Origin: Bdellovibrionales bacterium
GTDB taxonomy: Bacteria > Bdellovibrionota > Bdellovibrionia > Bdellovibrionales > UBA1609
DNA length: 64,000 nt
Direction: 5' to 3'
NCBI GenBank assembly: GCA_965243065.1
Contig: CBDETO010000005.1
Location: 1,115,520 to 1,179,519 of the forward strand
Translations under genes and position numbers: made by a program
Shown: piece after piece, positions 35,685 to 45,656 of the stretch
Layout: every line of letters starts with the position of its first letter
Position numbering within the stretch: position 1 is the stretch's first letter
The notes under the pieces: model-generated
Told to the model about the DNA's origin: nothing
Seen by the model: only the letters and a program-made list of their open reading frames with translations
Databases searched by the model: none

Positions 35685-38507
35685 TCATTTTTTTGTAACC
35701 ACGAAAGGAATACTAACTTCCCCAATTTGTCCTTTTTTTAAACCTGTTCCCGTAAAACGAAAATTTTTCAACCGATCCATCAAGCACCTGGCTAAAACAG
35801 AATCTCTTGTTGTGTTCCTTCTTATTTTTGTTCCTCTCACTCTTTCATTCACTATATTCCATTGAACCAGAACTTTACCCTCTAAGTCAGGCTTTTTTTG
35901 CAACGCAAACTCATAACACCGTTCCAATTGATGCTTATTACGACGAATTACCCTAAGAATAGCATTTTTATCTATTCCTCCTTCTACTTCCCAGTCAGAA
36001 GTACCTAATTGTAACTCAACTGTACCTCTTTGACCTAAACTACCTCCCACTCCATAACCTCTTACACCACCACCTCGGCCTTTCGTCTTAATACCTGCCG
36101 AAACACCAATGAGAGCGGATCCCTTTCCACCTGCACCCGTATTTTTAAATTTAGTACCTATTCCCTCTCCTGTATAGGATTCTTTTTGCCCTGCGTAGCC
36201 TGTAGCTTGCTCTGCTAAGCCTGCCAACTCCCCTGTACCGGAATAAGCCTTATCCAACTCTTTTTGTGTACCTTTTTTTCCAAACACCCCCAGCAAGCCT
36301 ATTTTAGTTGGATCCGGGCGTGGACTTTTTGGACCCCCTCCCGACTTACCTGTAGTAACAGATCCGCCCGGACGAGCAGAGGTTATCGTTTTCTTTTTCG
36401 ATTTTTCTTTTGGCTTTGCCGCTACCTGACCTAAACGCCCCTCCGAACCCTTCTTTTTAATTCCCACTTTCTTTCTTTTCTTTGGCACTTTCTCTTTATG
36501 AGGGAGAGAAAGTTTCGTTTTTTTCTTCTTCTTGGCCATTTTTAATTTCACAACCCGCTTCTTAGGTTTCTTATTAAATTCAATAGTGGCTTTTTTCACA
36601 CCTTCCTCTTCTAAATCTTCATCCGGATCTAAAAATTGAGGAGAAAAGAGAGCAAGATAAAAAAACAATGCAGCCATAAAAAAGAAAGACATAATCACAC
36701 CCATCATCTCAGAAAAAGCAAAGTCAAAAAGACCTGATGTAAGTGCTTTTTGGGATCGGTTGGCATAACGAACATAGACTCTTAAAACAGAAGAAAAATC
36801 CAAGCGAATTAACTGATCTTGACCTAAAGGTAGAACTTGTGAAGAACCATGACCGGTCACTAAACCCTTCTCGACCAATTTACTGAAAGCGTGCTTTTTA
36901 CCTTTATGATCAATCATGCTCGCCTGCACGCCATCAGATAGATACACAGCCGGTTGCTGCTTAAGCTCTATTAGTTTGTAACTCATTTTTCCTATTAGGT
37001 TAGGGCAAGGAATATGAGCTTTTGGGTCAGAACCAAAAGTAATCTCTTTATTACCTTCCTTAAAAAAATGATGTACAGAAAGCACCCTTTCTTTCCATGA
37101 AACAATCACTTCTATAACCGGACCGCTGCCTGTAGGGATACTACGATCCAGGTCCTGCACTCTACTAGGGGGCGCGTAGGTACCATCATCTGTAGATTTT
37201 ATAGATGTATCACTCTCTTCTCTTGGCTTATTCAACTCATTAGAGTCAAAAGAAGAATAAGTGGACTCACTTGGTGACGGTTCTGTAACCGAAGTGGACC
37301 TAACAGAATCAGTAGGAGGGGTAGGGGGTAATACTTCCGTTCGCTTTAAAGGACTAACACCGGTTTCCTCTGTTTTTACATCAGACTGCTTTTGAGTTTT
37401 ACTTAAAGGGCTAATGACAAATTCACTCGGAACATCCAGATCTTCAAAAACCTCTTCTTTAGTTGGTTGATCTTCATAAAGTAAGGACTCATCCGAAAGA
37501 GGGGGGGGAGGCTCAGATACAGGCGATGGTTCAGGCTTAGATGGTGGCTGCTCATCAGGAGCTTGCGCAGGAGGTTCAGCTACTTTAGGAGGCTGAGCAG
37601 GAGGAGCTTGCACAGGTTCAGCTACTTTAGGAGGCTGAGCAGGAGGAGCTTGCACAGGTTCAGCTACTTTAGGAGGCTGAGCAGGAGGAGCTTGCACAGG
37701 TTCAGCTACTTTAGGAGGCTGAGCAGGAGGAGCTTGCACAGGTTCAGCTACTTTAGGAGGCTGAGGCATTTGCACAGACGGGGGTTGAGGAGGATGAGGA
37801 GGAGCTTGCGCAGGAGGTTCAGCTACTTTAGGAGCTTGCACAGGAGGAGCTTGCACAGGTTCAGCTACTTTAGGAGGCTGAGCAGGAGGAGCTTGCACAG
37901 GAGGAGCTTGCACAGGTTCAGCTACTTTAGGAGGCTGAGCAGGAGGAGCTTGCACAGGAGGAGCTTGCACAGGTTCAGCTACTTTAGGAGGCTGAGCAGG
38001 AGGAGCTTGCACAGGTTCAGCTACTTTAGGAGGCTGAGCAGGAGGAGCTTGCACAGGAGGAGCTTGCACAGGAGGTTCAGCTACTTTAGGAGGCTGAGGC
38101 ACTTGCGGCGGTGGGCTTGGTTTTTTTAAAATAGGGGAAGAACTAAAGGAACTGCCCGATTTTTGACTTTTTACAGGTTTTACACCCCCTGCTTTCATAA
38201 AAGGCACACCAACAAAAAAGTGAATTATAAAATCACCAACTTGTATTTTATCACCGTGTTTCAAGGTTGATTCTAAAACTTGTTTGGAATTAACAAAAGT
38301 CCCGGTAGGAGAACCTAAATCAGAAATATGATGCTGGCCTCCCCGATTCTCAATCAAGGCATGCCAAAAGCAAACACTAGAGTCCGCTAACACCAAAGAA
38401 GGCCCATCGGTACTGCTACCAATACTAACTTGATCCGACAAAAATTGCCGGCTGGTAATCAGTTTTTCAGAGTGATACACTTTTAAAAATATAGGTTGGT
38501 TGGCCAA
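35685..38507 (-). CDS. FHA-domain / Pro-rich repeat / TM / AgmX-PglI-type TonB-C-like protein (GltG/GltJ-like)
   Basis: N-terminal FHA (VSIGSS..., DLGSPTGTFVN, GDKIQVGDF). Eleven KVAEP-containing Pro-rich repeats. TM MGVIMSFFFMAALFFYLALF. C-terminal GGIDKNAILRVIRRNKHQLERCYEFAL...GKVLVQWNI matches the AgmX/PglI C-terminal domain. Confidence 0.8.
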   Translation of the reverse strand: MANQPIFLKVYHSEKLITSRQFLSDQVSIGSSTDGPSLVLADSSVCFWHALIENRGGQHHISDLGSPTGTFVNSKQVLESTLKHGDKIQVGDFIIHFFVGVPFMKAGGVKPVKSQKSGSSFSSSPILKKPSPPPQVPQPPKVAEPPVQAPPVQAPPAQPPKVAEPVQAPPAQPPKVAEPVQAPPVQAPPAQPPKVAEPVQAPPVQAPPAQPPKVAEPVQAPPVQAPKVAEPPAQAPPHPPQPPSVQMPQPPKVAEPVQAPPAQPPKVAEPVQAPPAQPPKVAEPVQAPPAQPPKVAEPVQAPPAQPPKVAEPPAQAPDEQPPSKPEPSPVSEPPPPLSDESLLYEDQPTKEEVFEDLDVPSEFVISPLSKTQKQSDVKTEETGVSPLKRTEVLPPTPPTDSVRSTSVTEPSPSESTYSSFDSNELNKPREESDTSIKSTDDGTYAPPSRVQDLDRSIPTGSGPVIEVIVSWKERVLSVHHFFKEGNKEITFGSDPKAHIPCPNLIGKMSYKLIELKQQPAVYLSDGVQASMIDHKGKKHAFSKLVEKGLVTGHGSSQVLPLGQDQLIRLDFSSVLRVYVRYANRSQKALTSGLFDFAFSEMMGVIMSFFFMAALFFYLALFSPQFLDPDEDLEEEGVKKATIEFNKKPKKRVVKLKMAKKKKKTKLSLPHKEKVPKKRKKVGIKKKGSEGRLGQVAAKPKEKSKKKTITSARPGGSVTTGKSGGGPKSPRPDPTKIGLLGVFGKKGTQKELDKAYSGTGELAGLAEQATGYAGQKESYTGEGIGTKFKNTGAGGKGSALIGVSAGIKTKGRGGGVRGYGVGGSLGQRGTVELQLGTSDWEVEGGIDKNAILRVIRRNKHQLERCYEFALQKKPDLEGKVLVQWNIVNERVRGTKIRRNTTRDSVLARCLMDRLKNFRFTGTGLKKGQIGEVSIPFVVTKK

Positions 38508-38716
38508 AATATCTCCTCTACATCAAGTATTACGGTACCAACTATATTGTCTTCACTTTTCTCCCCACAATGCAAATGTTTATTAATAGAAAAATATAAT
38601 TTCAAAAAAGAATGAATAAGCTATTTTATATCCATCGGGTCTAATTTTTCCGTAACTCTTAGGCCACACTTCTTAAAGGATAGTGCAGTAAAATACATAA
38701 ACCTCTAACAAATAAG

Positions 38717-38998
38717 CTATTTTAACTCTCGGGCCGTTCTTCTCATTTCCGGTAGAAAGTTTTTTCTAAACTTCACTAAACGACCATAGTCCAGTTGCTT
38801 CTTATGGAATAAATGAAAGATACTGGGATTAGAAACACCCCCTTCCAGCAACTCATCCTGAAAATCAATCACAACGCGTTTCTGTCGCTTTTTCTTGCTT
38901 TTCTGAGCCACCGCCATTCCAGAAAAACAACACAGTGCTACAAACCAAATACACAATAATAACCATCTACAATGCAACGCTTTATGTTTTGTATTCAT
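38717..38998 (-). CDS. Small membrane-anchored protein (GltF-like by position)
   Basis: 93 aa with signal/TM WLLLCIWFVALCCFSGMAVA. Lies between the TPR genes and the FHA gene, as gltF does in Myxococcus. Positional inference only. Confidence 0.45.
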   Translation of the reverse strand: MNTKHKALHCRWLLLCIWFVALCCFSGMAVAQKSKKKRQKRVVIDFQDELLEGGVSNPSIFHLFHKKQLDYGRLVKFRKNFLPEMRRTARELK

Positions 38999-39057
38999 AA
39001 GAGTATCCCTCCCACTTTACTAATTGCTGCACAACTCACATCCTTTGTTTCTCACAT

Positions 39058-39963
39058 TCATAAGAGTATCCCTCCAATAGAGTTTGCACCCTTCATAGCC
39101 GTTTTGCCCTTTTCTAAAAATTCTTTTAGGGCCTTTATATCTCGAGCGTAGCGTCCCGACTTATCCATCAAATCCGCTTTTTGTAAAAATGGATAAGCCC
39201 TATTCTTATCTTCTAAATCCCTTCCTAAGAGTATAGCATAGTTTAGGAGCAACTCCACCGATGAAGGGTTGTTTTTAACTAATTCTTCAAAAACATCTCT
39301 TGCTTTTCGAAAATCCCCGGACCAGGCCAAAGCTACCGCATAGTTATTACCTGTTTTTACAACCTCATAATGAGTTAAGGACAAATATTGCCTGGCCCTG
39401 CTATAAGCTAAACTTAAATAGTCTAAAGCCAAATCATACTCATAAGCCTGCGTATAGAGAGTTCCCAGGTTAGCCGCTGAGGCATAGTTACTGTACCTAT
39501 AAGATAAACTCTTTTGAAAAGCTTCAATAGCTTCTTTTTTGTCACCTTCTTTTAGAGCAATCACCCCCAGATTATTATGAAGAGACGAATTTTCAGGATG
39601 CTTTTTTAAAGCCCGGGTAAAAACAATTTTTGCTAATGGAGTCTTTCCGGTGTTGAGATAAAAAACCCCTAAAGTATTTAAGGCCTGGAGATTATCAGGA
39701 TCTTCATTTAAAATTTTAGAAGTCAGGGCTAACAAAATATCCTCTTTTTTATTGCCTTCTTTTAGAGAATCCAGCTGCTTTAACCATTGCTTCATCTGAT
39801 GTTTCTTATGACTAGCCCGCTGTTGCGCCTCCCTTTTATTATCCCTTTGTGATCTTTCTTCAATAGCATCATCCTCAATAATATCATCCTCATCAATAAA
39901 CTCCGCAAATAGGAACCCTGAATAAACAAAGAATAAAAAAATCAATAAACTTTTTATTTTCAT
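39058..39963 (-). CDS. Periplasmic TPR-repeat protein (GltE-like)
   Basis: Signal MKIKSLLIFLFFVYSGFLFA (internal Met preferred as the start). Several TPR units (ALNTLGVFYLNTGK, LHNNLGVIALKEGDKKEAIEAFQKSL). Confidence 0.65.
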   Translation of the reverse strand: MKIKSLLIFLFFVYSGFLFAEFIDEDDIIEDDAIEERSQRDNKREAQQRASHKKHQMKQWLKQLDSLKEGNKKEDILLALTSKILNEDPDNLQALNTLGVFYLNTGKTPLAKIVFTRALKKHPENSSLHNNLGVIALKEGDKKEAIEAFQKSLSYRYSNYASAANLGTLYTQAYEYDLALDYLSLAYSRARQYLSLTHYEVVKTGNNYAVALAWSGDFRKARDVFEELVKNNPSSVELLLNYAILLGRDLEDKNRAYPFLQKADLMDKSGRYARDIKALKEFLEKGKTAMKGANSIGGILL

Positions 39964-40013
39964 AAACCACCTGTTATTTATACTAGCCCTGTATAAACCT
40001 TCCGTTCCCCACC

Positions 40014-43000
40014 TTATCTCCCTGACCAATCATATAAAGATAGGGGGAGAATCTTCTTCCTCAAAAGAGGGTTAACAGCAATAGAAGAAGTCTTCTCCAG
40101 GTCACTTAAACGAACCACCGCCTTCGTAAGCCACTCTTCATTATAAGCACTCATTTTACGCGACCGGCTTACAGCCATTTTATAATTTTTAACAGCTTCT
40201 TTCTTAAAAGGAAGAGCCGTTTTTTTTAGACCCTCCTTATATTGTTTTATTTCATCTTTATTCAAACCCTTTGGAAGAGGGGAATTATAAATAGCATCCC
40301 CTATATGTTCCGAGGCCAAACCAATTAAAACCAGGGAGGCCACCACCTGATAACCGCTATCGAAACGAATCACCTGCTTCAGGTCTTCTTTTAGCCTATT
40401 AAATAGATTCAATTTTTTTTGCACCACTTGCTGCTGTCGCTTAGGATTGGCGGGAATCCGTATCTTAATAAACTCAAGATAAGTATCATAAATAAGATAG
40501 AACTGAGCCTGAGCGGCGTAAAATACACCCGCATTATTCTTTTTATAAAGATTGATCGTTCTTCTATACCATGTCTTAGATGCCTTAATTTCCCTTCTTA
40601 TTTTTTTAATTTCCGCTATTCTAAAAGCCGCTTCCACAAGGGCTTTTTTATCAGAAGAGCCCCTATTGAGAAATTGGTTATAATAAGATACCGCTTGATT
40701 AGCCTGACCGCGCCGCTTTTTTAATTCCGCCAATAAGTAGAGGGCTTGTGTTTTTTCTGCTTTTTTACTCCTTTTGAAGTACTCTAAATAAGCCTTTTCC
40801 GCCTGAGTGTAACGATTAAGTCCATCGTATATGAGAGCGGCATTAAACCAAAAATCCGCAGTACTTCTGTCTTTTGGAAAAGAACGAGCATAAAGAGAAA
40901 AAGCCTCAGCCGCCTGCCTATACTGACCGGTTTTTTGATATAACATAGGCATATCTTTTAAAACAGTGACTCTAATTTTACCTCCCCCTCCACTCTGCAA
41001 AGCTCGCTTGTAAAGAGAAATAGCACTTAAGGCATCACCACTTTTTTTAAAATTGACAGCCGAATTATAATAAGCTGTTCCTCTTAAGGGAGAACGAGGG
41101 TGAGTATCCGCAAAATCTTTATAGAGCTTGGCACTTTTGAGATATTCTTTATTTTTAGCCATGTCCTCGGCGGACTTGAGGGAAATTTGACTTAAAATTT
41201 TACGAATTTCGCGTGCCGATTTGGAATTAGCAATCACTTTATTAGCCAATAAATTTTTAGCTGCTTTCCTTAACCCTTCAAAATCCTTCTTAAGATTATA
41301 AATATCCAAAATTAAATTAGCGGAGTACTCTGTATATTTACTAGCAGGATACTTCTTTATCAAAGACCAAAATTGAACCAAGGCTTCCTTATGATGATTG
41401 AATTCATATTGAAGAGAGGCCATCTTATATAAAATAGCGGGCACATTAGAGGCTTTAGGAAAACGATTGATATACATATTGGCCACTTTCTGAAAATTAT
41501 GAATAGGTTGCGTAAAAGGCACACGACTTACTTTTTTACCCACTATTTTCCTGATCTGATTTGAAGAGGGCAAAGTTTTTTCAAAAGTCAAAACACTATT
41601 CAAATTAGCTGTTTCGTAGTACTTACTCTTTGGAAAGTGCTCTACTAAGTATAAGTACTGTTGAGCAGCCGCCTGATATTTTTTTAAATCAAAAAGTAGC
41701 TCGGCATAGAAGAAGCGCATTTCATGTGCTTTTTTAAATTTTCCGAAATAGTTATTATATAGCTCGTAACTAAAAAGAGCCTGTGTTTTAGAAATAGGAC
41801 CCTTTGTTTTACGATACGATTGATGCATACGAAGAGCGTAGTTGCGCACTGTTGTTTCCATAAGATTAAACGCTTCTTGAATAGCTTCTTCCTGATGCCT
41901 GTGCTCTCGCGCCCAAGCACTTCCCGGTCCATATCTCACTATCCAATCTTTTAACTCTTTTAGGAAAATATTCCGATCTCCAGCATAAGTATAGGCACGA
42001 ATAATCTGATACTGATAATCATAAGCCACAAGAGAGTCTGGATTTTCCTCAATCAGCTGCTTAAAAGTAACCCGTACACCTCTGAGATTTCCATAATCCA
42101 AATAAATATAAGCTAATTCCTTTAACATCTTAAGGGCACGAGTTGAACTACCCGACATTTTGTGAAAATAAGGCAGAGCACCTACCGGCGTCTTTTTGGA
42201 TTGGCTATAAAATAGAACTAAATCATCTAAAGCCTCTCCGGCAAAATGCACGCGACCGGCTCCATGAGCGCCTATATTTTTTTTCCTCTGTTGGCGCGCC
42301 CCCTCCCGAATAACCGCCTCCAGATTAGCCATAGCTCTGTTAGTTTGTCCCATTTTCAGACGACACCAGGCTAATTTATATAACGAAAAAGAATAGAGTC
42401 TTAACCTACGATTAGTAGCTATCTTTCTGTAATAAAAAGCGGCTTTCTTCCAACGGGACTTATTAAAATAATATTCCCCTAACTCAAACTGCACATCGTT
42501 AATATACTCACTCTTTGGAAATCTTTTTATTAAAGCTTCATAACGATCCCGCCCCCTGTCTAATTGTCCTTTTTTAAAATAAGCCACTCCTAAAAAAAAC
42601 AAGACCCGGTCCATATTTCTATCTTTTGGAAATTGCTGACGATAGGTCTCAAATAATTTAATGGCTTTGTTGATATAGACATAAGTGGATTTTAAATTGA
42701 TACGAGGTTTCGTTTTTCTTTTTTTCTGCTCAAATAAACGCATCTCCTGGTCGTACTTCTCATATAAGCGATATTCTATCAAACGAGCTTTTTCAATGTA
42801 TAAACTACCTAAGCGTAAACGCAAACTACGACGCTTATCTGTTTTTAATAACTTAAATAAAAGTTGAATTTCTTTATTAATAGTGGATTCTAATTCCGCC
42901 TCATCCGTTCCTACTTCAAAATATCTTCTAAATTGGCTAGGAGGTTCCGCTATTTTAATGACCTGGCGTTCAATCTTTTTGATAGTCATACTGGCTTTAG

Positions 43001-43196
43001 GAACAACAGCCCTTTTCTTTTTTACTCTGAATTTTCGTACTTTTTTTCGACGAGAGGCAGGAAGCCGTTCCCCTTCCTCCGGTATGTCTTTATTCATAGA
43101 AACTGATTCTCCCGGATCATCAGATACAGCCACCTGATGCCAGGTACAACCAAAGCTCAACACAAAAAACAAAGTAACCTTACATACTCTCATCAT
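40014..43196 (-). CDS. Large TPR-repeat lipoprotein (GltD/AgmU-like)
   Basis: Preferred start MMRVCKVTLFFVLSFGC (lipobox), immediately downstream of a family-1 palindrome. About 1060 aa of tandem TPR-like repeats. Confidence 0.7.
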   Translation of the reverse strand: MMRVCKVTLFFVLSFGCTWHQVAVSDDPGESVSMNKDIPEEGERLPASRRKKVRKFRVKKKRAVVPKASMTIKKIERQVIKIAEPPSQFRRYFEVGTDEAELESTINKEIQLLFKLLKTDKRRSLRLRLGSLYIEKARLIEYRLYEKYDQEMRLFEQKKRKTKPRINLKSTYVYINKAIKLFETYRQQFPKDRNMDRVLFFLGVAYFKKGQLDRGRDRYEALIKRFPKSEYINDVQFELGEYYFNKSRWKKAAFYYRKIATNRRLRLYSFSLYKLAWCRLKMGQTNRAMANLEAVIREGARQQRKKNIGAHGAGRVHFAGEALDDLVLFYSQSKKTPVGALPYFHKMSGSSTRALKMLKELAYIYLDYGNLRGVRVTFKQLIEENPDSLVAYDYQYQIIRAYTYAGDRNIFLKELKDWIVRYGPGSAWAREHRHQEEAIQEAFNLMETTVRNYALRMHQSYRKTKGPISKTQALFSYELYNNYFGKFKKAHEMRFFYAELLFDLKKYQAAAQQYLYLVEHFPKSKYYETANLNSVLTFEKTLPSSNQIRKIVGKKVSRVPFTQPIHNFQKVANMYINRFPKASNVPAILYKMASLQYEFNHHKEALVQFWSLIKKYPASKYTEYSANLILDIYNLKKDFEGLRKAAKNLLANKVIANSKSAREIRKILSQISLKSAEDMAKNKEYLKSAKLYKDFADTHPRSPLRGTAYYNSAVNFKKSGDALSAISLYKRALQSGGGGKIRVTVLKDMPMLYQKTGQYRQAAEAFSLYARSFPKDRSTADFWFNAALIYDGLNRYTQAEKAYLEYFKRSKKAEKTQALYLLAELKKRRGQANQAVSYYNQFLNRGSSDKKALVEAAFRIAEIKKIRREIKASKTWYRRTINLYKKNNAGVFYAAQAQFYLIYDTYLEFIKIRIPANPKRQQQVVQKKLNLFNRLKEDLKQVIRFDSGYQVVASLVLIGLASEHIGDAIYNSPLPKGLNKDEIKQYKEGLKKTALPFKKEAVKNYKMAVSRSRKMSAYNEEWLTKAVVRLSDLEKTSSIAVNPLLRKKILPLSLYDWSGR

Positions 43197-43343
43197 TATA
43201 CCCAAAGGTATTCCCCGTTTTCCCCGGGAACAAGTTTTTTTGCAACTCCCAAAGGGAAAGCCAAGTTGGTAGCTTTCCATCCCCTTGTTAATCAAGCCTT
43301 TAAATCGGGAATCTTCAAACACGATTAGTATAATACAATATCC

Positions 43344-44888
43344 TTATTTTTTACAGCTTCCTTTTCCTATATAGTGGTAGTTCCCTAATTCATCTAACCA
43401 GTACTCACCTGTAAACGCCCAATATTCATAACCATTTTGCAGATATACACTCCTATCCCATTTTTCAATACTCACCCCTGTCGTGCCCTTTCTAGCAATT
43501 TTTTCTTTTAAAAAATCCCTTTTACTTCTCAGCATTTCATAACGAAGATATTGCTCTTGATTGAAAAAATCCTTCAACTTTGCACGAATAGCTTTCAAAT
43601 GAGACAGAGCCTGCAAACCCGCTTTCTTTTGAGCATTATTTAACCTTTTCCTAACCAGCTTCATAGAATATTTACCCACCATAGATCTTCTCCATGAATA
43701 GGGCAGACTATAAATTAAATCCCGTTCTTCCTTTAATTTTGTAATATAGTGATGAATAGCAGAAAAATCCCCTTCTCTTAAAATCCGACGAGCCACAGGA
43801 ACAGGATACTTAACCAGACGGCCCTTACTTTGCTCATCAGCAGAAAGCACCAAAGATTGGTAATAAGTTTTTGCTGAATATCGCCGAACCACAATATTAT
43901 TTACATTGGTATAAACAGGTCTATAAATCCGATGAAATAAACCCAGCACTTTTTCCATCTCGTAATATTTACAAATATACAAATACACAATAGCACGCAA
44001 TAAAAGAGACTCAGGTTGATAATAGTCTTCATAATAAGAAGAGTGCAAAGTCTGAAAATTACTGAGGGCGGAGCGAAGCTTACCCGCTCTCAAAAGAGCC
44101 CAACTTTTTTCTAATAAAGTATCATGCCAAAAAGGAGAATCTTTTGGAACCTGGTGATAAACTGTAATAGATTGCTCCCATTTTTTACCTTGATAATAAG
44201 CTCGTGCTTTCCCCATAAGAGCAGCTACTCTAAAACGATCCGTTACCCCTGTACGACGATTTTCCAGCTTCTCAAATATGTTAATGGCCTTATTAACTCG
44301 ATTTAACTCCGCATGCACTAAGCCCAGCTGATATAGAGCCTGATAAAAAAAAGGACTAGAAGATTTAACACGAGAAAAATGAGCGATTGCTCTGCGAAAT
44401 TTTTTCTTCCGCATCCAATATTCACCAAAATAATAGTGCAATTTATCCCTATTCGCCCGAGAAATATATTTTAAACTCCCGTGGGAAATAGCATGGTTCA
44501 ATAACCGATCATCTTTCAGATGAGCCGCCGCCAAGGCAATTTTTTGCAGACTTTTACCCACATACCCTGGGGCCGAGTTCGATACTAAATTTTGAAACTG
44601 AAAGATCGCCGGATGGTATAAGCCCATATTATAAAGATTTAAGGCCAGGTGGTACCTGATTTTGTTTTTCTGTTTTGACAAAGCCGGCTTGTACATCAGA
44701 CGAAATAAGCTTTTTGTAGAAGAAACATAGTCCCCTTGAGAAGATTGTTTTAACGCCGTTTTTAACTGTATAAAAGCTCCCATCTGACTGCGCCGTTTTG
44801 CTCCTACTGTCTGCTTTTTCTTTCCTTCAGAAGAAAGTGAAAAACTCAAAAAAACCAACAAGAAAAAAGAAAAAACAGACCTGTTCAT
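43344..44888 (-). CDS. Secreted TPR-repeat protein (GltC-like)
   Basis: Signal MNRSVFSFFLLVFLSFSLSS, TPR-like repeats, ATGA overlap with the upstream barrel gene. Confidence 0.6.
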   Translation of the reverse strand: MNRSVFSFFLLVFLSFSLSSEGKKKQTVGAKRRSQMGAFIQLKTALKQSSQGDYVSSTKSLFRLMYKPALSKQKNKIRYHLALNLYNMGLYHPAIFQFQNLVSNSAPGYVGKSLQKIALAAAHLKDDRLLNHAISHGSLKYISRANRDKLHYYFGEYWMRKKKFRRAIAHFSRVKSSSPFFYQALYQLGLVHAELNRVNKAINIFEKLENRRTGVTDRFRVAALMGKARAYYQGKKWEQSITVYHQVPKDSPFWHDTLLEKSWALLRAGKLRSALSNFQTLHSSYYEDYYQPESLLLRAIVYLYICKYYEMEKVLGLFHRIYRPVYTNVNNIVVRRYSAKTYYQSLVLSADEQSKGRLVKYPVPVARRILREGDFSAIHHYITKLKEERDLIYSLPYSWRRSMVGKYSMKLVRKRLNNAQKKAGLQALSHLKAIRAKLKDFFNQEQYLRYEMLRSKRDFLKEKIARKGTTGVSIEKWDRSVYLQNGYEYWAFTGEYWLDELGNYHYIGKGSCKK

Positions 44889-45649
44889 CTCAACCCCGCC
44901 GAGGGATAATAATAACTTAAGCCTATAGAAAATAAGAAATTATTAAGAACATTGAAGTTCTGCTGACTCTCAATAGTTATTTTATATCTAAGATCCCATC
45001 GCAAACCCAGGTCCCTTGTAATGGCAAAAACCTGACCAAGACCCACAACAGCTGTAGGTTCCCAAATAATCTTCCCATTTTTTCCCCTGATAATACCACT
45101 CATACCTCCACCTAAGCTGAAAAAAGTGTCGAAAGCGAGAATACTTTTATCGTAAAAAGCCATCTTTCCGTACCAGGGCATCCACTTATAGACCAAACCA
45201 AAAAAACTTTGATGAATCGGCACGCTCTCCTCAACATTAGCACTTAAGGCCGCTAAATCAACTGTCACTCTCCTCTTAAAAGTCCATAAATAATAACTGC
45301 TTAATTCCACACCATGTTTTTCCAAAAAATTATAATTCAAATGCCCGCCCAATCCTGTATGCAGAAAAAACTCACTTGTCATATTAAAGGCAGAAAAAAG
45401 AGAGGCAGACACACGACCAGTTTTAGGCATAAAACGTCTTTGAATAACAGCTATATCAGAGAAACGAGACAGCTGAACTAAATCAGAAAGCTTTCTAGCT
45501 TTTAACTTTTTTACTTTCTTCACAAATGTCTCTTCAGGAGACTCTACATCTTCTCCTAAAAGATTCAAATCCTCTCCGTCCTGAGCATCCGCTAAAAAAG
45601 ACAAGCCAATAAAGAAAAAAACCAATAATATTTTTTTTGCTAAGTTCAT
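44885..45649 (-). CDS. Outer-membrane beta-barrel protein (GltA/GltB-like, OMP_myx_plus-like)
   Basis: Signal MNLAKKILLVFFFIGLSFLADA. Paralogous to the next gene (shared H.G..hS.YY.W and P.YGK...F......F...GGG patterns). Confidence 0.6.
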   Translation of the reverse strand: MNLAKKILLVFFFIGLSFLADAQDGEDLNLLGEDVESPEETFVKKVKKLKARKLSDLVQLSRFSDIAVIQRRFMPKTGRVSASLFSAFNMTSEFFLHTGLGGHLNYNFLEKHGVELSSYYLWTFKRRVTVDLAALSANVEESVPIHQSFFGLVYKWMPWYGKMAFYDKSILAFDTFFSLGGGMSGIIRGKNGKIIWEPTAVVGLGQVFAITRDLGLRWDLRYKITIESQQNFNVLNNFLFSIGLSYYYPSAGLR

Positions 45650-45656
45650 ATACTTC

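Noticed and set aside
37563-38129. 188-aa plus-strand ORF made of RRLSRRSLHRFSYF repeats
   Set aside because: It is the antisense reading of the 42-nt Pro-rich repeat array inside the well-supported FHA/AgmX-like gene. The periodicity alone keeps the frame open.
39964-40029. N-terminal extensions of the TPR genes (39058-40029, and 43197-43322 for the large TPR gene)
   Set aside because: Internal Met codons give canonical signal or lipoprotein peptides. The extension of the large gene is read through a family-1 palindrome.
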